NCBI GenBank assembly: GCA_010093815.1
Contig: ML996566.1
DNA from: Pseudovirgaria hyperparasitica
Lineage: Eukaryota
DNA length: 64,000 bases
Reading direction: 5' to 3' (one strand)
Below are positions 1 to 12,198 of the stretch, piece after piece. The position numbers and the translations under genes are program-made. Within the stretch, counting starts at the first letter, position 1, and each line of letters opens with the position of its first letter. Below the pieces are notes generated by a model that searched no databases, was not told the origin of the DNA, and was given only the letters and a program-made list of their open reading frames with translations.

Positions 1-3000
1 TCGAAGCCGAAGCTGTCCACACAGCATTCTTCGGCCATCTACCTGTGTTAAAAGACAACGAAACGACAGAAGACCAGAAAGAGAGCCTCCTAGTAGGATC
101 GATCAAAACTGTGATCGGGCACACCGAGAGTACAGCTGGAATTGCTGGTATCCTTAAAGCGGTACAAGCCATTAAGCATGGCTATGTGCCCCCGAATATG
201 CATTTCAAGAATTTGAGCTCCCGGGTAGCTCCGTTCTACAATAACCTTCAGATCCCTACCGAATTAACTCCTTGGCCGCAGCTGGAAGAAGGTCTGCCGC
301 GCAGAGTATCAGTCAACTCTTTTGGGTTTGGAGGGACTAACGCTCATGTCATTCTCGAAAGCTTCGATCGTAGTGCGGTTGCTATCCAGAAGCGCCCATT
401 GTTCTCGCCCTTTGTGTTCTCAGCACAGTCAAAGCAGGCACTTGCTGGAAACTTTTCATCTTATATGAATTATCTCGACCAACATCCTGATGTAGACGCG
501 TCAGACCTAGCTTGGATGCTCCGTTCCAGACGATCACACTTACCTCTACGAGTGTCCTTCCCAGCCTCATCGACAGCGCAGTTACAGGCCACTCTAGAGA
601 AACTGACGGCGAACTTTCAGCTGGAACCCAAGACAACACCTGTTAATCGCCAGACAAAACTCCTCGGTATATTTACTGGTCAAGGTGCTCAATGGCCGCG
701 TATGGGAGCGCAGTTGATCGAACAGTCTCAACACGCTTCCAACATCCTCGCTGAGCTTGATCAGGCACTTGCGGAGCTTCCCTTGCACCGCCCTACGTGG
801 ACATTGCGCGAAGAGATCCTCGCCGATGCCGCATCAAGCAACGTCATGAAAGCTAGCGTTTCGCAGCCTCTTTGCAATGCAGTTCAAATTCTCCTTGTCG
901 ATCTGCTCAAACTCGCTGGGATCGAGTTCTCTGTCATAGTGGGACACTCTGGAGGAGAGATCGCTTGCGCCTACGCCGCTGGAAAACTCTCAGCGCGCGA
1001 CGCCATTCGCATCGCCTACTATCGCGGCCTTCACTCCAATCTCGCATGTGGCCAAAATGGTGTCCAGGGTGCTATGATTGCGGTGGGTACAACTCTTGAG
1101 GATGCAGAGGAGCTTTGCAGTGATGAAGTTTTCGAAGGAAGAATTAAACTAGCCGCTTGCAATTCTCCGTCGAGCATGACCCTCTCTGGTGATGAGGATG
1201 CCATTGACGAAGCTATTGAAGTTCTGAAAGACGAAAAGAAATTTGTGCGGAAGCTTCGAGTGGACAAAGGCTATCATTCGCACCACATGATCCCATGTGC
1301 AGAAGAGTATCTGAAGTCAATGAAGAGTATCTCCATTGACCAGACTCGCAATACCAATGCAGGTTGCACATGGGTGTCAAGTGTGTTCCCCGACCAGCCT
1401 TGGGAGGAGATGGGTAAGATCGACAATCAATATTGGGTGGACAATCTTCTGTCTCCAGTTTTGTTTAAGCAGGCTATCGAGCGAGCGGCATCTTTGGGAC
1501 CATTCGATGCTGCTATCGAAATCGGTCCCCACCCATCTCTGAAAGGCCCTGTACGAGAAACGTTACAGGATTTGAAGGTTGAAATAGCATATACTGGTAC
1601 GCTTAAGCGAGGCGAGAGTGACATTGCTAGCACGTCCGAAACTCTTGGTTACCTCTGGACCCAGCTGGATCATCTGGACATTGATTTCGACCGATACGAG
1701 AGCACTTTGACTGGGGGAACATCGCACGACTTTCTTTCAGACTTACCCCTATACCAGTGGAATCACACCCAGTCTTACTGGCACGAGTCCAACCAGTCCA
1801 AGAACCTACGCCGACGAAGTGAGCCCGTTCATCCGCTCTTGGGTGATCTCCTACAGAACAGCACCGCAAACAACCTCACGTGGAAGAATTTTCTCCGGCC
1901 ACAAGATCTGCCATGGATCCATGAGCATCAGATCCAAGGGCAAAGCGTGTTCCCTGCCGCCGGATATGCTTCTACAGCTATCGACTCGGCCAGATATGTC
2001 GTACCTAACCAATCTATCAAGGTGATCGAATTGGAGGGTCTGACTATCCATCAAGCCATGGTTTTCGATTCGAAGAACGAAGAGAGTGGCATCGAAGTCC
2101 AGTTCACGGTCTTCAACATTGATCGAGAATCGCAAGACCTTGTCACTGCTCGTTTTACATATGAGTGCTACGACTCAGCTGGTTCTACTGAGTTGGTAGC
2201 CAGTGGAAAGCTTATCATTGTCGTTGGTGAGGACAATGCCGTAGCTCTACCAGCCGACAACCCCTTCGAAGCCCACATGCTTGATGTTTCGACTCCCACA
2301 TTCTACAAGTCTTTGAAGGATGTCGGTTACGATTACACAGGCACCTTTCAAGCATTGGACAATTTGAAGAGAAAGCTCGGGAAAGCCTCTGGATCCTTAG
2401 CTATTGCTACTACTCAGTACGAGGGTGGAGCAATCACAATTCACCCGGGTGTCCTTGATGCCTCGTTCCACTCAATCTTGCTAGCATACAGCTATCCTGG
2501 GGATGGCCAGCTATGGTCACTGCATCTTCCCACAAGCATTCGCAGAATCCGAGTCGATGTATCAGTTTGCGAAAATGCCTTAGCGAAAGCAAGTCAGGTC
2601 TCGTTCGTTGCCACGATCCCTGATGTATCGACGCTGAACCGTGCATCAGGCTTTGGGGGAGATGTTGAGATACACAGTCCAACTGGAGATCATTCTGCTA
2701 TTCAAGTGGAGGGTCTCCGCGTTGTCCCCATGGCTGAAGCTACATCCGCAGATGACAAGAAGTTGTTCTACTCCACTAAATGGGTTGAAGCTTCACCAAC
2801 GGCGGAGATTAGCCACGAAGTCTTCCAGGCATCTGACTACGAGATGGAGCTGGCTGAGGTTCTCGAGCGGGGTCATTATTTCTATCTTCGCCAGCTTGAA
2901 CACCAAATCCCATCAGACCATCCGGGGCGCACTGATGAGTTCAATGCTGCTTACCTGAACTGGGCAACTCACACTCACAAACTTGTCAGCGAGGATCGTC

Positions 3001-6000
3001 ATCCATATGGGAAGCGTGATTGGATCAACGACAATGAGGATCAAATCAACGCTCTTGCTGCACCGTTCTCGGACCGTCCGGAGATCAAGGCGATGAAGGT
3101 CGTCGGCGAGCAAATGCCTCGTGCTATTCGTGGCGAGACCTCTATGCTTGAGCATCTTATACCAAACATTCTGACCGATTACTACACTAGAGCACTAGGT
3201 TTATCCCAAGTCTCAGTGCTGGCGGAAACTGTTCAGCAGATCGTGCGGAGATATCCACAGGCCAAAATCTTGGAAGTCGGAGCTGGTACTGGAGGCGCAA
3301 CACGCCAGGTCTTGAAGCACATCGGCAATACGAATGGTGATGAGCTTGCGCAATGGACGTATACGTACACAGATGTGTCTGCCGGTTTCTTCGAAGATGC
3401 CCAGGAAGAGTTCCACCTCTTTCTCGATCAGATGTCATTCCGTGTCTTTGATCTTGAGAGGGACGCCGCTACTCAAGGCTTCGAAACAGGATCCTACGAT
3501 ATCGTCGTGGCCTCCTTGGTGTTACACACAACGAAGAGTCTTGAGGAAACATGCCGACGCGTTCGTTCTCTACTCAAACCTGGTGGATTCCTTGTCTTTT
3601 ATGAGATCACCAACACAGATCTTATCAGACATACTGGTCTCTTTGGTTGCTTGCCCGGCTGGTGGGCTGGTCTTGCAGAGGGCCGCACTTTGATCCCGGC
3701 TGTGGATGAGTCTGAATGGGACTCAGTCTTGCGCAAGACCGGATTCTCTGGAGTGGATACAATGAGCCCGCTTCTGAGCCAGAAGGCATTCTGTAATTCA
3801 GTCTTGGTTTCTCAGGCTATTGACCATCAAGTCGAAGCGCTTAGAGAGCCTCTAATGGCACAGCCATCCCTGCACGATGAGAAATTGGCACTTGCCAATC
3901 TTTACATCGTCGGAGGCTCGACCCTTCGAACATCTCGGCTGATCGAGGAGATTCAGAGATCAATTCACTCGTTCTGCAACCAAATCACCAAAGTGAAGAC
4001 CTTGGACAGCATGAAGAACTACGAAGTGGTAAAAGAGGACACTGTGCTTGTACTGCAGGATCTTGACCAGCCTGTCTTCAAAGACATCACAACCGGTACG
4101 TTCGATGCCGTGAAAGACTTGTTCGGGTCTGAGAAGAACATTGTCTGGGTCACACAGAATCGTCTGACAGACAATCCCTACTCAAATATCCCCGCTGGAT
4201 TCGCTCGTCCCTCAGTATGGGAGACTCCAGAGCTCCGTTATCAGTTCATCGACTTCCAAAATGTTCAGAAGATCAATGCCCGGGTACTGACCGAAGCTGT
4301 CCTTCGCTTCCAGACTCTAGGCTCCGTGCATGAGCCTTCTTTGAAGAACGTGTTATGGTCGGTGGAAACTGAGATTATCATTGATGATCAAGGTCGCGAA
4401 TGGATCCCACGGTTACAAGCAGCGGAACGTGCTAACAAGCGCTACAACTCCGCTCTTCGACCGACTAGCCATGTTGTCCGACCCCAGAATCAGTCCGTTG
4501 CAATCGCTTATATTGACAACACATACAAGCTTGTTGAGGCTCCAGCCAAACCTGCCTCTGGAAAGAGCGAATCGATAGTCTCACTTCAAGTCAGTCACTC
4601 GAGCCTTCACGCTATCAGGACCGAAGCCGGGAACGCTTTCGTCGTCATTGGTACCTTAACAACCTCGCCTGGGAAGTTCATTGCTTTGAGCACGGTTCAA
4701 GCATCTGTTGTCCATGTCCAAAAAGATACCCTAGTACCCATTACTGATAACATCATGGACGAAGCGCTGCTCACTCAACATGTTGCTGCACAACTTCTCC
4801 AAGCACAATTGATCGGCTCTCTTGAAAAAGGGGAAATAGTTCTGGTTCATAATGCGACAACACTGCTTGTGTCGCTGTTGCGTAGTCACGCCGATCGAGC
4901 TGGGGCGAAGGTGTTCTTTACTACGACATCACCGGAGCTTGCAAAGTCAAAAGGATATGTGTACTTGGACAAATACCTACGCCAGTCGCAGATCAAGTCC
5001 CTGCTTCCTAGTGAAGTCACTCGCTTCATAGATTTCGACACCCTTGAAGGCACTAACAGTCACTCGTCTTCTATATTGACATGGATTCCTCGTCAGATAC
5101 AGCCCGTTCGCGTCACTGATTACCTTAAAGACGAGGGATCTCCAATATTGGCGGATGATCACACCTTGAATATTCTGTCACAGGCTGTAGAGGACGCTGA
5201 ACGTAGCATGGCTCTGTTCAAAGACACCATTATCGCAATCAGCGTGGCAGATCTCCCTGAAAGGATAGTTAAGCTCGGTCCCTTGACGATAGTTGATTGG
5301 AATGCCACCTCAGTCACACTTTCCGTGCAGACAGTCAAGCCTCGCATTAGACCAGACAGAACCTATTGGATGGTCGGTCTCTCAAGAGACATGGGTCTTT
5401 CTCTTGCTGACTATCTGATCGATAACGGCGCGAAACATTTGGTCATCACCAGTAGAAGCCCTCACGTCGACCCGACATGGCTCGCGAATGCAGAGCGTAA
5501 AGGAGCGAACGTCCGTATTATCAGCTGCGACGTCACCGATTTCAACTCGCTCAAGAACGCATTATCAGACGTTGAACGCTCCATGCCGCCTGTTGCAGGA
5601 GTCGCACAGGGGGCTATGGTGCTCCGTGATGTTCTTACACGCGAGATGAAACTAGAAGAGCTGAACGACGTTCTTCGACCCAAGGTGGATGGCAGCCTGA
5701 ACTTGGACCGTCTCTTCAGCAGCCACAAACTGGATTTCTTTGTCTTCTTCTCCTCCGCGGCAGCCATCACTGGCAACGCAGGTCAAGCAAACTATGCAGC
5801 GGCAAACTTTTTCATGATGAGTCTGGCCAAGCAACGCCGTGGTCGTGGACTTCCAGCCTCCGTCATGGATCTTGGTCCTATTCTAGGTACGGGCTATGTC
5901 ACGCGTGAGATTGCGCACGAGCTTGCTCGACCGCTCCAGGAGCGTGGTCTCATGGCTTTGTCCGAGCGCGACATTCATCAAATCTTCGCCGAAGCTATCA

Positions 6001-9000
6001 ATGCAAGCACAGCTGAAAGTGATGGCGAAGAAGCACATATGACCACAGGCTTGACATCACTTCCGGCCACGGCACCCAATCGTCCTCTTTGGTATAACTA
6101 TGCTCAATTCGGTTGTTTGACTGTCCGCGACAGCCAGGATTCCTCGCACACCACCGACACTCAAGCTGGACTGTCGATTAAGGACAGATTGGCAGCAGCT
6201 AATAGTAGCGAGGACGTAGAGGTAGTGATCAGAGGTGAGGCCATGAAACCTACTTAATAAGAGACTCGGAGCAGTATAGCTAACATCGCCTATAGAATCA
6301 TTTATCGAGGAAATGAGGAACATGCTTCATCTTTCCGAAGATTATGCCATCACTCCGGCAGTTCGCACCGATGAGCTAGGTCTTGACTCCTTGGTTGCAG
6401 TCCGTATTCGGTCTTGGTTCTTGAAGCACTTCCAAGTCAACATTCCCGCGCTCAGAATCATGAAAGGTGCAGCGTTGCAGGAACTCGTTGACTTTGCCGT
6501 CACGGGCACTCCTACAGAACTCACTCCCTTGCTAGCACCTCCTGCGCCAAGCGAAGAGCAAATTTCTGCTGAAGACACCACGGTCCCATCGAGCACCCAG
6601 GTTTCATCTGGGTCGTCTGGGTCATCCTCGGACGCCGGCGAAACAACGAACACGACGGTGCAGAACTCTGTCGCGGATCTCAAGCTCGAGAAGTCAGGGG
6701 AAGATAGTGCACCCCAGCCGGAAGAGCTAAACTTGACAAGGTTCGGACGCCTCTCCTACACCCAATCATCCTTCATGTTTGTTCATGAATTACTGCCAGA
6801 TAAAACGACTCTAAACAATACAGGGATGGTAGCTCTTAGAGGAGAATTGCGAATGGTCGATCTCGGAAAAGCCGTGCAGGCAATCGGTGAGCGACACGAA
6901 ATCCTCCGGACATGTATCTGCGTACGTGACGGCCGCCTCGTTCAAGGGGTTGTGGATAAACCAACGTTGAAGTTGGAGTACAAACGTATACGTACACGGC
7001 AGGATCTTGACGCTGAGTACGCGGCTCTTAGGAACCATGCGTTTGATCTAGCCAGCGGGCAGAATACTCGGATGATCATCTTTTCGCACTCCGCCCGCGA
7101 TCACTATTTCGCGTTGTCGACTCATCACATGTTCTTCGATCGTGCGAGCACCGACATCTTCATGGCAGACCTGGAACGAATTTATAATAAGCAAAAGCCA
7201 ACGGTTGTCTCACCGCTCCAATACTTGGACTTCGCGGAAGACCAGCATACTGAGGCTGTTGAGGGACGTTTTAACAACGCACTTGCATACTGGCGGACGG
7301 AGTTCGAGACACTGCCAGAGACACTTCCACTTCATCGCAGCAAGGTTGCTACACGCAGTCCAATGGAACAATACAAGTCATGGACACCCGAGCTCCGTAT
7401 TGATCCAACATTAGCTGCTAAAGTACGTCAGATCGCGCGCAAGCACCGGTCGACGCCATTTCACTTCCATCTCGCAGCCATACACGTTCTTCTGTTCCGT
7501 TGGCTTGGTACTGAAGACGTCTGCATTGGGATGGCTGATGGTGGGCGACGTGATGAGCAGGGCTGGTCAGCTCTGGGGCCCTTCCTGAACATGTTGCCTT
7601 TGCGTCTTCGATCATCAGCACAGCAAGTGTTCAGCGACTCAATTGTGCAAGCACGCGACAAGGCTCACTCAGCTCTCAACTCGGCGGTTCCCTGGGAGAT
7701 GATACTGGATGAGCTCAATGTCGAGCGACCTGCCACACACTCGCCAATCGCGCAAGCGTTCATTAACTACGCGGAGACAAGTGTTGAAAGCGGAAAATCT
7801 TTCCTGGGTTGTGACATGAAACTACTTGTGGAGGATCAAGCTGAGATGCCCTACGATTATGCATTTACCATCATCAATAATACTGCCGGCGAAACGCGAA
7901 TTGTTCTAAATGTGCAAAAATCTCTGTATTCGGAAGACGACGCAACACTGTTAGCTCATGGCTATGAAGACATCATCCGAGAATTTGCAGCCGCACCCGA
8001 AAGTGCAGTCGGCAGTACCTTCAAATTTCGGGAGGTAGCTCTGCAGGATGCCATTCGTCTGGGTAGAGGCAAGTAATTGTTAGTTATTCACTAGAATCTT
8101 TCACTGACTAGATCAGGACCATCATTCACGTCCAGCTGGCCTCAGACCTTGTCACACCAATTCGATGAGATCTCGCACACCATTCCTGAAAAGGTCGCTG
8201 TCACTGATGACGAAGGCCATGCAATGACTTATCCTGAGCTCAGCCGCTGCGTTGACCACATTGCATCCGCACTGCTGGTTCGTAATATCAACCCCGGGGA
8301 CAGAGTCGCTGTCTTTCAGCACCCGTCTATCTACTGGGCCGCATCTGTGCTTGCAATCCTCAAAGTTGGAGCGGTCTACGTCCCTCTTGACGCTGCCACG
8401 CCTGTCGCACGGCTATCCCTCATCGTCAATGACAGCGACCCTGCAGCCATACTGGTCCACGAGCAGACCAAAGAACTGTCAGGATCACTGCGTCCAGCTC
8501 AAGAATTACCAATTATCGACGTCTCCAATCTTAATGAAGAGCCGAAAGATGCTCTACCCATCTTAGCCACCCCTGAATCAGCAGCGATCATCCTGTACAC
8601 AAGCGGCTCAACAGGAACTCCAAAAGGTGTTGTGTTGTCACATGCAAGTCTCAAGCATGAGTTCGACCATTGCGCAGCAACATATGGACTGGGTCCAAGG
8701 GACGTCGTCCTTCAACAAAGCGCTTGGAGTTTTGACTTGTCCGTCACTCAACTCTTCATGGCCGTGACGGTCGGGGCTCGATTACATTCAGTATCTCACC
8801 TCGTCCGACCTGACGCGCGCCGCATTTCAGATCTCATTCAACAAGAAGGCATTTCTACTACATATGCTACCCCGACCGAATATCGAGGCTGGCTGAGACA
8901 CCAACAGTCATTGAAAGATGCTCCGTCGTGGAATCTTGCCTTGGTCGCGGGCGAAGCAGTTACCGAACCTCTGCTGGAGATGTTCCGCGACCTTGAACGA

Positions 9001-11151
9001 CCTGATCTACGCCTTTTCAATGTTTACGGACCTACAGAAACATGTTGCGGTTCTACCAAATTTCAACTCGACTACAAAACACGAGCAGTTTATGGAAGTG
9101 TTGTACCTGTTGGCCCAGCATCCGCCAATGAATGTTTTTACATCGTCGACGAGGGCCTGAATCTTCAACCAGTGGGCCAAAGTGGTGAGATTCTCATTGG
9201 AGGGGTTGGAGTCGCTCTGGAATATCTCAACAATCCTGAACGTACTGCAGCTTCTTTCCTTGAGGATGGATTTTCAACCCACCCTGATGTCTTTGGAGGA
9301 AGGAAAACAGCCATGATCTACCGAACTGGAGACGTGGGATTTCTGCAGTCGGATGGTACGCTTGTTCTCAAAGGACGGATCGGCGGCGATACAGAGATCA
9401 AATTGAATGGGGTCCGCATTGATCTACAGGACATCGAGCAGACAGTACTTCGTGCTTCTCTGGGCCGGCTATCTGACGCTGTGGCATCCCTCCGCACTAC
9501 ATCAACCGGCGCTGGAAAGTACATGGTTGTGTTCGTTATCTGCTCATCTTCTGTAGATGATGGCGACCGCGATGCATTCGTTGCAAATCTACTGCGCAAC
9601 CTGCCCCTTCCACGGAACATGCTACCATCGACAATCATCCCAGTGCAAAGTCTTCCTCGGACCCTAGCCGGTAAACTGGATAGGAAGGCTGTAGCCGATA
9701 TCCAATTCGCGTCACAGTCGAACCACGACGTTACACTCGAAAAGTCAACAATGACTAAGAACGAAGAAAGGTGTCGCGATCTTTGGACCTCCGTCATACC
9801 AGGTGATGTGTCAAGTCTTCATAGAATAACCAAAGATTCTGATTTCTTCAGCGTGGGTGGCTCGTCAATGCAACTGATTGAGCTCCAACATAAATTCAGC
9901 GAAGAGCTTCAGATCAAAGTTTCACTACTCGAACTCATGAAATCATGTTCTCTGAGAGAAATGGCTCGACTTCTTGGCGGTGAAAGCGTCGATCAAGCGC
10001 CAGATACGTCGAGCAACGAGATCGATTGGGACGCTGAGACGAGCCTGGATCCTGGTTTGGATGCTGCGTTTAGCACAGTCACTGAACCACAACTTCATGG
10101 GATCCAACCTGTTTCCAACCCGCCAAGTACAATCATCCTCACCGGGGCGACCGGCTTTCTAGGCCAGCATATTCTGCACTCCCTGCTCCAAGATCCCAAC
10201 ATCAACGCCGTGATATGCGTCGCCAACAGATTGTCGCCGGCCCGCAAAGCACTATTTTCCGACCTGAGCGCAACATACCCAAACAAAACCATCGAAGCCC
10301 TTGAGGGCGACTTGCGTTCTCCACTCCTCGGCTTGGAATCATCTCTTGCGACCCGCATTTTCGACACCGCCGACGCCGTCATCCATAACGGCGCCGATGT
10401 TTCGCATCTGAAGACCTACCCGCTTCTTCGTGCCGCAAACGTCGAGAGTACAAAGATTCTCACACGTTTATGCGCCCCGCGCCGCATTCCACTCCATTAC
10501 ATCTCCACTGCTGGCGTCGTCATGTACAGCGGCACAACCTCCATCGTGCCAACCAGTGTGCGAAATACACCGCCCCCGACGACCGGCACATATGGATATA
10601 TCGCGAGTAAGTGGGCAAGCGAAGTGTACCTCGAGCGTGCAACCAACGCAGCCATGGCTGCAGGATCCCGCATGCCGGTCTTCATCCATCGCCCAAGTAG
10701 CATCCTGCGCCCCGAAGACGAGTCCCTGACAGAGGGCGAAAGTCCGGCGGCAGATGTGCTTCAAAACATGCTATATTACGCGCAACGCGTGCGCGCCGTA
10801 CCGGATGTACCGAGTTTGAGGAAGGGGTGGGTGGACTTGGTCCGTCCGGAAACTGTTGTAAGAGGGATCATGAGCGCGCTTGTCGACAGTACCGCAGATG
10901 AAGAAAAAGGTAGTGTTGGTGGGCTGAGGTATCTGTTTGAGAGTGGGGATGAGGAGATTCGCTTGGACGGGATAAGTGACTGGATTCAGAAGAAAGCAGG
11001 GGGAAGCAGAACGGAAGAAGTCGAAGAGATTAGCCTCGGGGAATGGATTCGGAGGGCTGAAGAAGCTGGCTTGAGCGAGGGTATGTCGGCGGTATTCAGA
11101 GGCCTAGGCGAGGAGGCAGGACTGAGCTTTCCGCGACTGGCGAAGGCGTGA
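1..11151 (+). CDS. Hybrid iterative PKS-NRPS (KS partial-AT-DH-cMT-pseudoER-KR-ACP-C-A-T-R), 5'-truncated by the window edge; introns 6235-6295 and 8069-8116
   Basis: Three ORFs join in frame across two introns. Motifs: KS C-terminus (GSIKTVIGHTE, SVNSFGFGGTNAH); AT (GQGAQW, GHSGGE, YHSHHM); DH (HQIQGQSVFP); MT (LEVGAGTGG); KR (VLRD, YAAAN); ACP (GLDSL); C (HHMFFD); A (YTSGSTGTPKG, FDLS, YGPTE, YRTGD, GKLDR); T (FFSVGGSS); R (TGATGFLG, GYIASKW). The frame is open back to base 3. Confidence 0.97.
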
Positions 11152-11256
11152 AGAAGTCCCAGCTTTGATGTCAAAAGTATAACTTGATCCTATCTCTCCT
11201 ATTTTTTATGAATATTTTTATAAAACTTTTGATTGACTTTACTATACATATATATG

Positions 11257-11507
11257 TGTTGGGATCCGCCTTATTAAGATAATATATACTACTATATCTA
11301 GAACCCTACTGAATGATCCAACCGCTTCTATCTTGATAGTTAGGTTTTATTATCGAGGGGCTATTGATCAGGCGATATAGAAGGGCTAAACTTAGGAGAT
11401 AAGGATAAGATGCGATAGTGCAGCTATAGACGGCTTTAGTAGATAGACTCTGGTATAGAAAAACGGAGTAAGGTGAACGGCTAACGGTTTTCAGTACTCT
11501 TATAACA
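11257..11507. mobile_element. Putative degenerate solo LTR / RIP-like remnant (~250 bp)
   Basis: AT- and TpA-rich island bounded by TGTT (11257) and AACA (11507), like LTR termini. No clean target-site duplication (ATATG vs GTGTC). Confidence 0.4.
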
Positions 11508-12198
11508 GTGTCTAGTTATCTAGTTGCAGCGAGAGTGGCACGACGGAGGCCTACGACGACATGATAGTGCTCGCCGTGGTGATCGAAGTTGGGACGCGCG
11601 AGGCTCGAGTAAGATAGACACGCTTATGGAACCTCCCTCCTCTGGCTGGCTGAGCTACCAGTATATATGACTTCATATACGCGTCGCTGGTAACGCTACT
11701 TTTGCAAAAGCTCACCTTATCGCTTGGTACGCTTCCGACAAGTGGTATGCTAAAACATCTGACTCCTCCTACACCCTGCATGCTGCTGTAGAGGAAAAGC
11801 TATCTTTTTGGTGCTGGCTTGGAAACGAAACAAGTCTCTAATAGCACGAAGTCAAGCTTCGATGGACAACTATGGACCAGGTACCACATGATAAAGATAA
11901 GAGACACCAACCTGTTTCAACGTCTATGTACACAAGAATGGGAATACTCTTCCGTAGGCCACAAGCGGTTCCGGCCTATACCAGACAATCAACCTGTCAT
12001 GCAAATACACGACTTACGAGATCAACCGGGGTATCTCAAGGACGATAGAAATCGATGCGATGCTCTATGCCAGTCTCCGGTTGTATTTCCGTAGACAATC
12101 GGAATAACTCCTGAAAATGCAACAACCTCTACAAGAACGCCATGTATGATTCAGTAGATATTACTTCAGCACAGCGGACGCTACTAATTCTGCTTTTA

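Noticed and set aside
6257..8149. Three separate genes, or a pseudogenised PKS-NRPS, as the ORF track suggests
   Set aside because: Both breaks are explained by short introns with branch sites that restore the frame and conserved linker sequence.
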